A stretch of 64,000 nucleotides of DNA from Octopus sinensis (taxonomy: Eukaryota), in contig NC_043004.1 of NCBI RefSeq assembly GCF_006345805.1, positions 23,064,001 through 23,128,000 of the forward strand. The letters are read 5' to 3'. The notes under the pieces were generated by a model. The model had not been told where the DNA came from and did no database searches. It was given only the letters and a program-made list of their open reading frames with translations. Made by a program: the position numbers and the translations under genes. Below, in pieces: positions 13,433 through 27,651 of this stretch; within the stretch, counting starts at the first letter, position 1; each line of letters starts with the position of its first letter.

Positions 13433-13500
13433 GTACACACACAGATATATATATATATATAATATATATATATATATATACATGCATATATTCATATCTA
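13090..13500. repeat. Compound (TA)n/(TG)n/(CA)n microsatellite
   Basis: Seen directly; source of the poly-IY ORFs. Confidence 0.95.
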
Positions 13501-13784
13501 TATATCAACAAATGTTATTATACATGCTCTATAATTTTATACTTTAATTTCCCATGAAATGACTTTGATTGTGTTTGAGAAAGTCTTAGAATAATTACAG
13601 ATTATTTCTAAGACTTGGCAGATCAAAGAATGAAAGCACGAATGCATCTACTTGAGGTTTTCTGATAATTCTCTTCCTCTGTACGCTTTGTCTTTCGTTC
13701 TATTCTTTGTTGTTTGATTATACGCCTGTTTGAGACAGTCGTTTACCGAAAGGCGACGGTTTATATTATTTCATATAAGATAGC

Positions 13785-13985
13785 AACCACCACTACTACC
13801 ACTTCTACTTTTACTGTTGTTCCTACTGCGACTGAAGATGATGATGATGACGACGACGATACCGACGTCGACGATAATGGGGACGATGATGATGACGTTA
13901 ACAACGACGACGACGACGACGAGCGCGATGATGATGATGATGATGATGATGATCTAGCAACAACAGTAACAATAACAGTAAAGAA
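13785..13985. repeat. Imperfect (ACT)/(GAT)/(GAC)/(AAC) trinucleotide tract
   Basis: Seen directly. Confidence 0.85.
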
Positions 13986-14074
13986 AGTATTATTTCGTCA
14001 TTGGTTATCGGCCACAAGACCCTAGACATTTACTACTAAACGTGTCATACAATTTTTTCCATGAAATGGATGGG

Positions 14075-14382
<308 letters not shown>

Positions 14383-14385
<3 letters not shown>

Positions 14386-14545
14386 GCTGATGGTGTACTT
14401 ACGGGTCCGTAACTTAACAGTTCCGGAGAAGTCACGAGTAGAATGAGTACCATGTTATAAAAAGAAGTACTGGTATCGATTCCTTCGACTGAGCGTCCTC
14501 AAGGCGGTACCCCAGCATGGGTGCAGTCAAATGATTAAAAAAAAG
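14383..14545 (+). mobile_element. 3' half of a family B SINE
   Basis: ccgtaacttaacagttccgg...gagtagaatgagtacc...ttcgactgagcg...ccccagcatgggtgcagtcaaatga matches the family B 3' half. Confidence 0.65.
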
Positions 14546-14656
14546 ATAAAACGTAAAGGATATATATATTATATACTGTTATAATACCCAAGGTGTTGAT
14601 ATTTAACCAACCAATGCCGGCGAGCTGGCAGATAGATAGATAGATAGATAGATAGA

Positions 14657-14730
<74 letters not shown>

Positions 14731-15651
14731 GGGGTGACAAGAAACCTAACCCGAAGCATTAAAGGATATTGTAAGTTTATAACACAAACATATAGGCGCC
14801 TACAAACAAAATGGGAAAAAAATCAGTATCCATTTGGAATGCGAGCACCCTCAAATTCCCGATCAATTTCCACTCCTACGACAAAGCTGGATTTTGTTGA
14901 GCCGTGGAAACTCTCATATCTTCTACGTGATAATCCTCCAGCTGACGAGTCTCTGATGTGGCGTCACTTTCTATCCCCTTACTTCCATAAAATTTCTGAG
15001 AAATTTTCCAATTTCTTTTTCGAAATATATATTTTTTTTTTGCATCATACACTCCCTTTAATCCCTAACTCTAGTAAAATATTCGTAGCTGTAGTTCTTG
15101 CTGTTAGTGATGAGAATGGGGTGTGGCTCCGATGCTGATGATGGTGCTTCTGCTGTTTGTGGTGATGTTATTGCCTTCTGGGAATGTTTCTAATGGTGGT
15201 AGTGACGCTGGTGATGGTGTTAGTTTTACATAATGTCGTTGAAATACAAACAATTTGTATTTGCAACATTTCGATTTTCTTTTTTTTTTTCCTGTGTTGA
15301 GACTATTACCACCATTAAGACTAGCAATTCTTTCCACTGTAAGAGAGATGGCCATTTTGAGCCTAGAATAAACACATTTAGATACCGTGGCAAAGTATAA
15401 ACAAGTTGAAATTAATGTTTAAGCAAACAACATGGTTTTCCCACCATAAGAAATGACGTTGACATTTCAATATCCCCAAACATTTTCGTTGGCAAAACGA
15501 ACAAGAGAATACTTTCATTTCTTTTCATTCGGTAATTTTTCTTAAGTAGCTACCATTCATGACAAACAATAACAACAATGTCGATGATAATGGACTGGAG
15601 GAGGGAGAACACGATAATATTAATAATAATAAAAATAATTATTATTATTAA

Positions 15652-15689
<38 letters not shown>

Positions 15690-15847
15690 TATGTATTTAT
15701 TTATTTATGTATTGCCCACAGGGGGCTAAACATAGAGGGGACAAACAAGGACAGACAAGGGGATTAAGTCGATTACATCGACCCCCAGGGATTAACTGGT
15801 ACTTATTTAATCGTTGACCTCGGCGGAATTTGAGCTAAGAACGTAAC
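15690..15847 (-). mobile_element. Family A SINE fragment carrying the L1/Tx1-type tail, next to (ATT)n
   Basis: gacctcggcggaatttgagctaagaacgtaacg is the reverse complement of the family A core; the tail reads ttgtctgtccttgtttgtcccctctatgtttagcccc on the minus strand. Confidence 0.75.
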
Positions 15848-15849
15848 GT

Positions 15850-17079
15850 TAATCTTGTCAAGCAGAAGGTCATAAAGAGTTAGAACCAGCGGATAGATAC
15901 AAATACCTAGGGGTATTCGAAGGTAATAGAATCAAACATTCAATGACCAGGAATGTCCAAGGATCAGGAGAGAATATTATCGCAGGGTGAGAGCAATACT
16001 CAAGACAACTAAATGCAAGAAACAGGATCGAAGCGATCAATACGTTAACCATACCGGTTGTGACTTACAGTTTCAATATCATTAACTGGTTAATTACTGA
16101 AATATGTAATCTTGACAGAAAATACGAAACTTGTTGATAATCAATAGAATGCACGACCCTAAGGTAGATATAGAACGATTTTGACTGCCATGAAAAGAGG
16201 TTGGCCGTGGATTTTTAGAAATGAAATTAACAATGACGATTTCCACAGTTGGCCTAAACACCTACCTGAAAACCTCTGAGGACTGGATATTCAAACTTGT
16301 CTTAAAGCACGAAAACAAGAAAGCATCATACTCAGTAACAAAACAGGCAAATGAATATCTAAGGGGACTCCAAATACAAGTCCCAGAATTAGACGTACAG
16401 GAAACAAGCACAGAAAAATCTAAGTGTATGAAAACCCGTGCTAAAACTGCTGCCTTAGATATTCTTACTGAAAAATTGCAAGAGAACCCTCTCAATGGCA
16501 AATATCCAAAGAGAACGAATAATGCCGATGTTGACAAAGCCATTATCCACCAATGGTTAGTGTGTTCTGGCTTAAAATCAGAAACAGAAGGGTTTATCAC
16601 AGCAGGCCAAGATCAATGCCTACCTACAAGGAGTTACCAGGCCAACATATTAAAGAACAACAGTAGCCCAACATGTCATGTATGTAAACAAGAAAATGAA
16701 ACCATTGATCACATTGTCTCCATGAGCAGTTTTCTTGCGCCTACAGAGTATCTCAACAGGCATGATAGAACAGCATAGTATATTCACTGGGTAATTTGCA
16801 AAAACCTTGACCTGAAAAAAACTGTTGGGAACACAAACCACCTCCAGTGCTTGAAAATGATCACTTCTCACTCCTCTGAAACATCACGTTCAAACTGACA
16901 GAAAGATAGATGCGAATTGGTCAGACATTATATTGAAGGACTTCTGGCAAAAACCATGCGTCCTCATTGATATAACTGTCCCAATCGACATAAATATATC
17001 TGTCAAGACCTACCAAAAAATGAGCAAGTATAAAGATCTCGAAATAGAAATTGGCAAAATGTAGAACCTCATTGTCCCT
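15850..17079 (+). mobile_element. R4/Dong-clade non-LTR retrotransposon fragment (late RT, CCHC knuckle, restriction-like endonuclease); decayed and truncated at both ends
   Basis: Across frameshifts it reads YKYLGV..., YRRVRAILKT, GLKSETEGFITAGQDQCLPTRSY, CHVCKQENETIDHIVSM (C-x2-C-x8-H knuckle) and an RLE-type segment RKIDANWSDIILKDF...LIDITVP...KYKDLEIEI. Contains ORF 16221-16778. Confidence 0.8.
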
Positions 17080-18989
17080 TTTGATAAGTACGAAGTTGAG
17101 TGTTTTGTGCTGGTGTTGTTTAATTTGTTCTCTTGACTGTAGCGGTGGTGGTGTTGTTTCTGTTGTTTATGTGTGTGCTATGAGTGTGGTGTTTGCAGTT
17201 TTAGATATTTGTGTCAGTGTCTGTTCCTGTTTAGGTTATTTGCGCTTGGGGGATTCTGGTGATTGTGTTGGTTGTATTTGTGTTGGTGCTTTTGGGGAGA
17301 TGTTTCCGTGGATAGTGATTGTATTTTTGATTGAGGGTGTTGTTATGCTTTGTGGAGTTTTTCTTTTGTACTTTCTCTTCTTTTTTTGTTTGTTTGTTTT
17401 TTGGCCCCTTCATTTTTCCTTCATCTCCACTACTGTAAGTGTCTGTGTCTATGTGTTTGTTTATAATCTTGTTTATGTGTGTATTTTTGTTTGGTGTGAG
17501 AGGGTAGGAGAGCTTTCTTTGTTTCCCCCTAGGATGGTTAATGTCTTTGGTGTTGTTGCTGGTGGTTTTGCTGGTGCTGGTGATGTTTCTGGTTCTCGTC
17601 TCGGCGGAGGCAGCAGTGGAGGCCGTAGGCGGCAGCGGGCAGCCAAATAAGTTGTTTCTCCACACCTGAAACAATGAGGCCTTTTGTCCTCAGTTATGAT
17701 ATGTATCACCGTCCCGTTCTGGAGAGGGATGTGGTCTGGGATTTTTTTAATGTTTACGGGTCTGATCTGGAGAAGTATCTCCAGGTCAACCCCTGTTCAG
17801 TCCTCCCTGGCAGTTCTTGTCGCCTCTATAGGGACAGTATCCGTCCTCCCCACGATTACGCATCCCAAAAGCCACCAAATATCTAGTCATGGAGGGGATT
17901 TTCGAAATACGGATACAGGCTGTACAATTCCCCATGTGGGAGGGGTACATGATGACTTTGCTGATTTTGCAGAGGTCATTGAATGTTTCACAGCGAGTGC
18001 TTCTGATTTTAACACCACCGAAATGGTGCCGTATTGTTTGCCCCTCGTTATGTATTCGATGTCATTTCTTAGGCACCTCAGCGCCGCCTCAGTATCTTTT
18101 TGTGTCTGCTGAAATGCATCTGAAAAATACCGTTCTCCTCTCCACTGCTTCATTTGCCTCTGATGGGATCGTTAGACATGCCCAATTGTTCTTTTGTTTA
18201 ATTAGTTTCCATGCCGCTATGCGCATCTGCTCCCTAATTGTGAGGTCTACGGTACATAGGTGTTTGGTCTTGACTGCTGCTTCTGCTGCAAAACTATTCT
18301 TGATATTTTTATTTGTATTATTTTCGTTGCTGTTTTTGTTGTTGTCAATGTTGCTGCTGCTGCTGCTGCTGCTGCTGCCCTTATTATCGTCGTTCTTATC
18401 GATGTTGCTGGTATTGGTTTTATTGTTGCTGTCGTCATTTTTGCTCTCGCTGTTGTTGTTATTATTCTAGCTATCGCTACTGCCACTGCTGCTGCTTTCT
18501 TTTTCGTGGTTGTTGCTGCTCCAACCACAACTACTATTGCGGTTGCTCTCAATGTTGCGGCTGCTGCTGTTGTCATTTCTACCACTGTTAGTGTTTCTGC
18601 TACTATTCTTCGTTGTACTTTATACCATGACAGTCTTGTTTTTCTCCTTATCCCCTTCCCATGACAGAGGGAAGGGAGGAAGTCTTCATCTGTTACCATA
18701 TTTGTAGGAGGGTTCGTTTTGTTTTTCCTCAACTCTTTCAAGACGCGCTCCGCTATCTTGTTAGGTTGTATTGATTCCATTAAATTTTAACGCCCACTGG
18801 ATTTATTTTATGGTTGTGCAGCCCCCAGAGGGGACATCACAACCATAGAAAAATGTAATGTTGCTTCTATTTACAACTTGGAATAAAAAAAATTGTTACA
18901 AAAGGACACCAAACTTGGTGTAAATAAATATTTTGAAATGAACTCACTTGGAGCGTTCGAAAAACACGTCTGATGTGTTCTGCAGCAGG

Positions 18990-18990
<1 letters not shown>
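17080..18990 (-). mobile_element. 5' UTR and ORF1 (gag-like) of an L1/Tx1-like non-LTR retrotransposon, decayed
   Basis: Minus-strand ORFs 18247-18780, 17887-18153 and 17473-17709 give IAERVLKEL..DFLPSL, an N/S-rich low-complexity block, GKQYGTISVVLKSEALAVKH and a knuckle-like CFRCGETTYLAARC. Homologous to the ORF1 at 39145-40370. Confidence 0.7.
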
Positions 18991-19054
<64 letters not shown>

Positions 19055-20049
19055 TAGAATGGCGGGATATATAATAGAAGAAACTGACGTCGTTCATTTT
19101 CTTATTAAACTGAGCAATATTTCAAGAGTACGTTTATTTGAAAATACAAAAATAATGAGAACTGAGAAAACAAATACACAGAAAGGCAGAAATTGAAAAT
19201 AATTCAACTAGAGTTCTTCAACACAAAAAAGGCATCCTCAGGTGTCACTTACTCGTAAATGTTTGAAACAAAAAAGAAACGGAAGAAAAAATAATGGGAG
19301 AAATGGAAGAGGTCTCTTAGCCAAAAACATTTAGATAAAACTAATGGAGCTCGCCTGTCAAGTTTGTTCACCCAGACCACCACAACAAGGCCTGACGCTA
19401 ATAATTTACAAATTTATTTATCTTGATGCGTTTTGAAGAGCGAGAGTTCAGGGGAATCAGTGCTATTTCTAAAAGTGTTACTTTCATAGCCTCGTCTTTT
19501 TGTCCGCCTCCAACGATTATGCAGTGATTTCAATTCCGTATTCCGTATTAGTATTAGAAGTAGTAATGGTAGTGGTGGTGGTGGTGGTCTTCGTCGTCGT
19601 CGTCGTTGTCGTGGTTATAGTGGATTAATTGCTGTAGAGAAACTATTGTAGTAACACTGATAGCAATTGAAACAAGTGCAGGGTCGGTAGACAACAGAAT
19701 AACAGGCGAGCAGTAATTCGGTTATGTCACTAAGTTCTGAATTCAAATGGCGTCGAGGTGAACTTTGTCTTTCTTCTTTCGTAAATGATAAAATAAAGCA
19801 TAGCATCAAGTCATGCTCTTAGGTCAATTTAATCGACTGTGGTCTACTACTACTACTACTACTACTACTACAAATTATGTAATGTTGTGGCAATTTTGTA
19901 CATCAGTTATACGACATTTGTAATATGACCAAATATTTAACCCATGTTTGTTTGGCCATTTTATTTTTAGACATTATTTGTTAGTATGAAATCTAACCAC
20001 GGAATAGTATATAGACTTTCGTTGTCCACTATATTTTAGTTACTGTTTC

Positions 20050-20436
20050 ACAAGGGCTGCAATATGATAAGAAGTTTGCTACCCATTTGCATAGTTCCAG
20101 GTTCATTTCCACAGTGTGACGGCTTGGGCAAGTGACTTCTGCTATAGCTTCGTGCCGGCCAAACCTTTGTCAGTAGAATTCGATTGACGGAAACTGAAAG
20201 AAGCCGTCACATATATGTTTCACGGGGAAGGTATCAAGTGGATGTGTGTATGTCTCTTTGTGTTTTCCTTTGTTTGTTTACATCCCTATAACTTAGCATT
20301 TCAGCACTATAGATCGATAGAATAAGTACGAGGAAAAGTATACGCACCGAGGTTAGCTTGTTTGACTGAATCCTTCAAAAGGACGCCCTAACATGGCTGC
20401 AGTCCAATGACTAAAGCAAGTAAACGATAAAAGATA
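20050..20436 (+). mobile_element. Degenerate family B SINE
   Basis: cttgggcaagtgacttctgctatagc...gacggaaactgaaagaagcc...catggctgcagtccaatgactaaagcaagtaa. Confidence 0.7.
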
Positions 20437-22459
20437 GAGTCCACAGTATTTTCTGTAACCAGGGGAGATGGCAAATATTTTATCTGTTGCTGTCCGCGCT
20501 ATTTTACATACTTCCTGTCAACAAAAGTTCACAGAGTAACGAAAGCTAACTGGGAGATTTGCAAGCCTATCATTGTGAGTTGCGGCATGTCAAAGATATT
20601 CTGAGGACGATAATAAATATACTTCTTCGTCACCTTCAACTGTATCTCATTTATAATCATCGGGGGGGACCTTGCTCATTTCGCAAATTAATACTATCTT
20701 ACATTTGAGAATAGCAGTAAATGTAGATAGTTATGTTCATCATCAGAAAAGTGCTTCATTTCATCTGACACTAAATATCTATAAGGTTTCATAGCAGGCT
20801 GCAACCGCTCTCTCTCTCTCTCCCTCTCTCTCGCGCACACACACACGCGCGCACATGCACAGACACGCTCTTTCTGTTTCCCTCACTCGCTCTCTCCTTC
20901 TTTCTCTCTCTCTCTCTCTCTCTCTCCCACACACACACACACACTCATTGGCTTCCTCTCTATATTTGCAATATTTGACAAAGCAATCTGAATTACTCCC
21001 TCCCGTTATCTCTATCTTTTTTCCTCTTCCGTTTCTACTCTTTCTCTCTTTTTCTTACACTTTCCTTCTTTTTCTCGATCTTTCTTACACCTCCCTTCTC
21101 TTTCCCTCTTCCATCGATCATGGAGAGTTGACGTAGCAGCATGGAACAGCCAATGTAGAAACATTTGAATCTCTTTTAGCAGTGTCCAATAGTTTTTCGT
21201 GCTTTAATAGAAGTAAACAATACATAGTGATAACATGTTTTTAAATTACTGAAACATGTAGATAGTTGTATAGTTAGTGTGCCATTTATTATTATTATTG
21301 TAACTTTTGGAGTGCATGTAGTGGGATTATTCTTCCGTTTGAAGTAAATAACTGAATTCTTAAGTTTCCTGTAGCTGCAATAAAAATATCATGGACAGAG
21401 ATAGAGCGGAAAAGGGAGATAATATGAGGAGGTTAATGATAGATGTAGACGATGGAGGAAACGGGATTCGGGAGAGGGAGACGAGTGTGAAGAGTCTGAA
21501 TGGACAGAGTCGAGTTCAACCAGTTTCAAGTAATTCGGTCACTATATTAGAGGGGAAGTGAGCAGGGAAGAGAACAGGTTTATAGGAGACAGAGTTTAGG
21601 GTGTATTCATGAGCAGCTTTATGTCCATCAAGAAATTATGATTCAAGTCAAAAACAAATGGCAATTGTTTACTATTTCCTACTCTAAAATAATCTCTAAT
21701 GCTGAAAGTTCGCAAAAGAAGAAAGATTATTTTTAAACCGTATTGTAAAGAAAAGTATAAACTACCGAAGACTACATTAAGCATAACGTTAACCGTTCCA
21801 TGATATATATTTTGCTTTTCCTTTCAGTGAAGCTAGTTCAGTTGTATTTTCAGAAATCAAGACTATTTTAACCGATCCTATGCGTCACTGGGGCATTATT
21901 TTTTATTGGTTTACAAGTACGAAAAATAAGTGTCATACAATATTCATGTTTATTCTTGGTGCGCAGAAAACAAATCCTGTTGAAGCTATTCCTACTTTTA
22001 ATCTTTTTAGGATCAATAAATTTAAATACTAACCCAGCGCTAGAGAAATAATCATTGCATGCAGATCTTTCACTAACTTAAGGAAGCTATGTACAACTGC
22101 TGCTCCATCATGTGTGTACGAAACTGAAGGAACACGAGAAAAACCATTCGAGAAAGAATAGTAGATGGTGATGCCAATACCCTGCTACTGCAATGGTTCA
22201 TGTGCACTTGCGCGCGCGTGTGTGTGTGTGTGTGTGAGAGATACTAAATAGTGAAAGATTTCCATTCTATGATTTACAGAATTCCGACATCGATACAAAT
22301 GTTGACTTCTGGTATAGAGACATGACCGCAAATTTAGCGGAATTTATGTCATCGGTACAGGAAGAATAAAAGGCAAAGTTGATATCGATGTAATTTGAAT
22401 TCAGAACAAGAAGAGCCGTAACTAAATGCTACAAAATATTTTTAATATTAACTCTCTAA

Positions 22460-22680
22460 AAGGCGCTGAGTTGCCAGAATCGTTAGCACGCCGGGCGAAG
22501 TGCTTAGAGTGATTTCGTCCGTCTTTACATTCTGAGTTCAAATTCCGCTGAGGTTGTCTTTGCCTTTTAATTTCCAGAGATGGAAAAAATAAGTATCAGT
22601 TGAAAATTGTGGTCATTTTTATTGACTTAGCCCCTCCCCACAAACCTGCCCGTCTTGTGTCAAACTTTGAAACCAGTATT
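22460..22680 (+). mobile_element. Family A SINE, with an oppositely oriented fragment at about 22350-22440
   Basis: ggcgctgagttgccagaatcgttagcacgccgggcgaagtgcttag...ttctgagttcaaattccgctgagg. Confidence 0.8.
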
Positions 22681-23741
22681 AACACTCTAACAACACGATT
22701 GAGAAAGAAAGTAAACTAAACTTAAAACTCTTATTGTACTAACAGGTAATTAACCGCCAAACTGTCTGCAATAAACATTTGTAAAATACAAATCTTCGTC
22801 GCATATATAAATACATGTTTATTACACTTTGGCCGTTTTTATTAACTATAAACTGAGGCCTCTTGAAATGGTGACATTTATAAATTTCATAAGAACATAC
22901 GAGGTTTTAGCTCTCCATACGAGTTATTAATAAAACTGGTCATAACCTAGCACTAGCTGTTGAGTTTTTATTTGCTTTTACAGCTAATAAAATATTTTGC
23001 ATATAATAAGTGTTTTGTCAAAGAATTTTCTAGAATTTTATCGCATGTGTTAATTAGATTCTGTGATTATAGATAACACGCCAATGTTTTATGTGATATT
23101 TTAATATTTTGCTCATTACTGAGATCTTAATTAAAACATCACATGCTATCCTTCTTAACATCTTAATACACGATTGCTAATAGTTACTTCTTGTTGTCAA
23201 TAGTTCGTGGCTAATGCTCTTTAGTTATTACTTTCTATATAGGTTAGTTTACCTATTTTCGACGTGAATTTGCGGTAGGTATTTGCAGTTTCCATACCCT
23301 GATAGCTTACAAGGAGCAAGGTTGGGATATTTAGTTTTCACTGACGCGAATTACTATAAGTAGGAAAATCAAATGCAGCGAAATGTTTCAAATGGTTATA
23401 GCTAAGAAAAAAAGATTACATGATGGTGATAGCTCAGTGATGTGTGTGTGTGTGTGTGTGTGCGTACGTGGAGGATTTAGGAGAGGTGGTATAATCAAGC
23501 TTAGAGTTATATGTCTCCTGAAAATATAGAAGAAAATATATAGGAGAGTGGGCGTCTCCGCTGTTAGACAAAACTAAGTTAAATATTTTAGTAGAGCTCT
23601 GCCAATCAGTTTGGTAAACTGTCATTATGATGTCTTGGTTGAAGAGTCGGAGTACCGGATAAGACTTCTTGCATTTGTTCCGATCTTTTGTACTCTGATT
23701 TCAGATACCACCTTCATCGGCTTTGTCAACTATTCAGGATC

Positions 23742-23917
23742 TTTACTCTTTTACGTGTTTCAGTCATTTGACTGCGACCATGCTTGAGCACCGCCTTTAG
23801 TCGAGAAAATCGACCCCAGGACTTATTCTTTGTCAGCCTGGTACTTATTCTATCGTTCTCTTTTGCCGAACCGCTAAGTTACGGAGACGTAAACATACCA
23901 GCATCGGTTGTCAAGCG

Positions 23918-23948
<31 letters not shown>

Positions 23949-24110
23949 TACGACGGGCTTCCTTCAGTTTCCGTCTACCAAATCCACTCACAAGGCTTTG
24001 GTCGACCCGAGGCTATAGTAGAAGACACTTGCCCAAGGTGCTATGCAGTGGGACAGAACCCGGAACCATGTGGCTGGTAAGCAAGCTACTTACCACACAA
24101 CCACTCCTGC
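23742..24110 (-). mobile_element. Well-preserved family B CORE-type SINE
   Basis: Full head-to-tail match on the minus strand (gcaggagtggttgtgtggtaagtagcttgcttaccagccacatggttccgggttc...ccttgggcaagtg...gactgaaacacgtaaaagagtaaaga). Confidence 0.9.
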
Positions 24111-24769
24111 GATCGATAAATAAAATTTCAGTCAAGTATTTGGGCTTTTCTTTTTTCTTTCCACCTCTTGGAATAGTCGGGCCAATAGACGTGATGTACA
24201 TCACAGCTTCCCCAATCTCTGGACTTACTAACAAGAAAAAATTAGAGTGAAGAAGGAAGAATTCAACGTTTTTATATGTTGGTCTTCGTTTGTAATTTCT
24301 TGCAAAGTGATTAGAAGATCAACCTTTTTTGTGTTCATTCTGAGATAAAGTTCAGGATTTCTAATTGGTAGACTTTTCACCTTTCCCCTACGAACTTAAG
24401 TTTGCTGAATCACACCATCTCATTTCTTTCCAAATGTGTGTGTGAGTGCGTGCGTGTGTCTGAGCGTGCGTGCAAGTGTGTGCAAGTGTGTGCCAGCGCA
24501 CGTGCGCGTTTTATATCATTTTCAAATGTAATTGGTAACATGTAACCCAGAACAACCTGTCAAATAGTCTGGTTGTCGGTGACTAATCTCTCCGAACTTA
24601 CTTGGTGAGCAGAGTGTGTTTGGTCATTCTGCAGGATGAAATCCAAAATCCGTCGAAGGGCGAAGAAACTCATGTGAGATCCTTGTTCGTGGGCGTTTTT
24701 TACGCTGAGAATACAGAATCGTAGATCACAAAGAAGGAAATGGGACGGTTATGACGGATCTCTCCTGTA

Positions 24770-25720
24770 GAGCATATATTGACTTTGGACTTATCAGCAA
24801 TCTGAAGAAGACAAAGGCCATGTTCATTCTAACTCCAATGTCGAACCAAACACCTTCCTCCAGGGTTCAGTTTTGGATGTAGTCGACTCTTTCGTATATC
24901 TTTGGCAGTATTTTCGCTAGCTTTCGGAAATCTTGAAAATCGTGTATAGTCTGACAGATGCATCAGCATCAAATCAAAGCTCAACGTCTGTGAGTCGTCC
25001 TTTCATATTCTTCAGATAATTGGATTACGAATCATCACTGCTTCAAAGTCTTGGAAAGATTCCATGAAGGATCCTGAACATCAAATGGCAATCTCTAACA
25101 CTACACACAAATATATTACTATTCAGATATTCCTAGCACTAGATACCAACATATCACTATTGAGATATTCCTCATATGCAATCAGAGGATGGTAGGTTAC
25201 CTAAGTAGTTGTAACATGGTAAACGTCCGAGACTAACCCCTAAAAATAGTTTTGGGATGCCCTTCAGAAACTACATTCCGACTATTAGTGTGGATGTTGA
25301 AGACCGGAAACAGATGACGGGATGTCAATCGGTTTGGAAGGAAGAGATCCACGAAGGTTATAAAGTAATTGAAACACGTAGAATTGAGCACTTCATAAAC
25401 AAGACTTGACCTCAATCTAAAACACTTTTCAACCCGAACATGTTTCTAACAACTGCAGTTGTTATTCATATGGGATTTTATGACGGCAAATAATTGCAGG
25501 CTGATTATGCACAGACCCCTCTTGAGCAATCTACAAGCATTTTGCGTCAATTGTATGACAAAGTATATGGATGTCTAGCGGGTCTGAAAAGTCATTTGAT
25601 TTCACAAAGACCAGATTAATGCTAACAGTAAGGACGAGTATTTTGTTTGTCCTAAATGCAACAAAGGTGCAAAACTGAAGCAGGCCTGGTGGGGAGTGCA
25701 TGGATATCCACGGCTCTTTT
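24770..25720 (+). mobile_element. Decayed RTE-clade LINE fragment (late RT, C-terminal region and zinc-finger remnants)
   Basis: Across frameshifts it reads DFGL.S.LKKTKAMF, VLDVVDSFVYLGSI, KIKLNV, KVLERFH..ILNIKWQ, then CCHH-like remnants QLYDKVYGCLAGLKSHL and FVCPKCNK. Confidence 0.65.
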
Positions 25721-27508
25721 CAAAATTTGCTAGTTGGCCTTTCTTAGGGTGTGATGAATTTGTGGAAATTAGAATATGTATAAATTATTAAACATAATTT
25801 TGGCTCTAAAAAGTATTCAATTGTACCCGTATTTCAAGTTTACAGGAAGTATATTGACTTTATTTCCGTCATAAATTCAACAACTCAGACATTCTGTCTA
25901 TAGTGATGTTTTTAATTAGAATGCGTCATAGTTCAAGATTTAAAGATTAATACTTAATTATAGTTATGTGATACGGGGATAAATCATTGGCTCAAAGATT
26001 AATACTAATTTAGTCTGATATTGACAAATAAAGGCGACAGCAAGAGACATGTTTTGATACTGTCAGACATATTCGGCGAACACATCTTATCCGATTCGTG
26101 ACTGGAGAGTAATCAACTTGATGTATAATAATGAACACGACTATTCACTACATTATCGTAATGACTGAGAAAAAATGCACAGTAAATCCGTAGTTGACTC
26201 ATGTTCCATACGGCCAGCACCTGATTATGCAATTATATTGTTTAATGTTGATCTCGATGACAAAGTTAAATCAGGCTTCAGTGTGAGGGATCAGTAACTT
26301 TTGAAAGCTATTTTCTTTTCCATCGATACTGATTTTGAATTTATTTATTTATTTATTGGAGAGCCCATCAATTCACACTACAGAAACATTCATTGTGTTA
26401 TGTGAACAATTCATAAGAGTGAAAGCTTCAAGAACCTCTATTTCTTTCCTTTTCGATTTATAGCTTCTGTTAGAGGTAGATAATTATCTTCTGGCGGGCT
26501 ATAGAAATTATAGCCACCTGCTGGGAGACTAATCCATTCTGAAAAACAACAAAAATAGGGATACATAAGATACGTGCGTCCCTTATTGAGTAATCTGAAT
26601 AAATGTTAGAAAATACAATTCCTGGAATGTCTCTTTTAATAGATTTCAAGATGGTTCCAAAGCAATATTTTTCTGGACTCTAGTGAATAAATGTAAAAGA
26701 AAACCTGACTAAAAATGTATAATGTAAGTGTAACGTAGGGAGAATTGTATTGTTTGCGACTTTTCTTCATGGAACAAACCGCGCATTATTTGCGAAGTGA
26801 ACTCATAATTATTTTTGCTGCAGTTATTGTTTCCTTGTTATTGTTGTTATTTTTGTATTATGTCTGTTGAAAATGTTGTTGTGGTTGATGTTAGTGCTGC
26901 GTTGCTTTATTATTGTTATTGATGCCGATATCCTTGTTGTTATTACAACTATTGCTGTTTCTTAACCACACCGCCGCCCTGTTTATCACCAAAAGTATTC
27001 TATCTTTCACTCTTCCCTGCTTTCAATGAATCCAAAAATAACAGATTGCCACTGCAAAGATTTGACCGTACATTGAATGTTCTTTTGTTAATTTGAATTT
27101 TTTCTCGTACTTAGTGAAGTTAGAAGACCACATCAGAGTTAGTCATTTGCTCTTCCCGAAAATTGCACTGCAGCCAAGCGGGAGCATCACCTTCAAAGTC
27201 AATCGAATTGATTCTAGCACGAATTTCATTCTAGCGTATATTTTATCGATCCGTAAATGCCTGCTTTAGACATTTGAGTCAAGTCCTATGCAGTTCTTTT
27301 TTCTTTCTTTTTAAATGAAATACATATAGGGCTACCCTATCTAATGTAACTTTACGTTTTTATTAGAGTTGAATATGTAACTGCTTTTTCTAGCACGTCA
27401 TGTAGCTCTGTATGGAATCCATCCTTTATTGCTTATCTCGTTGAGTCTGTCTGCGTTCATACACTATTTCCCAAGACACCTTTGTGAAGAAATTTGTCTG
27501 AAGGAACG

Positions 27509-27651
27509 TATATACGACGAGTTTCTCTCAGTTTCCGTCAACTAAATCTACTCACCAGCTCCGAGGGTATAGAAGAAGGTGCCACGCAGTGGGAATGAAT
27601 CGGGAATCAGGTGGTTGGAGAGCAATCTGCTAACCCTACAGGCAGCCCTAC
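27509..27651 (-). mobile_element. Degenerate 5' half of a family B SINE
   Basis: cagtttccgtcaactaaatctactcac...ggtgccacgcagtggg is the reverse complement of the family B head. Confidence 0.6.

Noticed and set aside
20679-20746. CTGATGA, a hairpin and GAAA on the minus strand
   Set aside because: No stem III/UH site or stem I follows GAAA, so it is likely chance.
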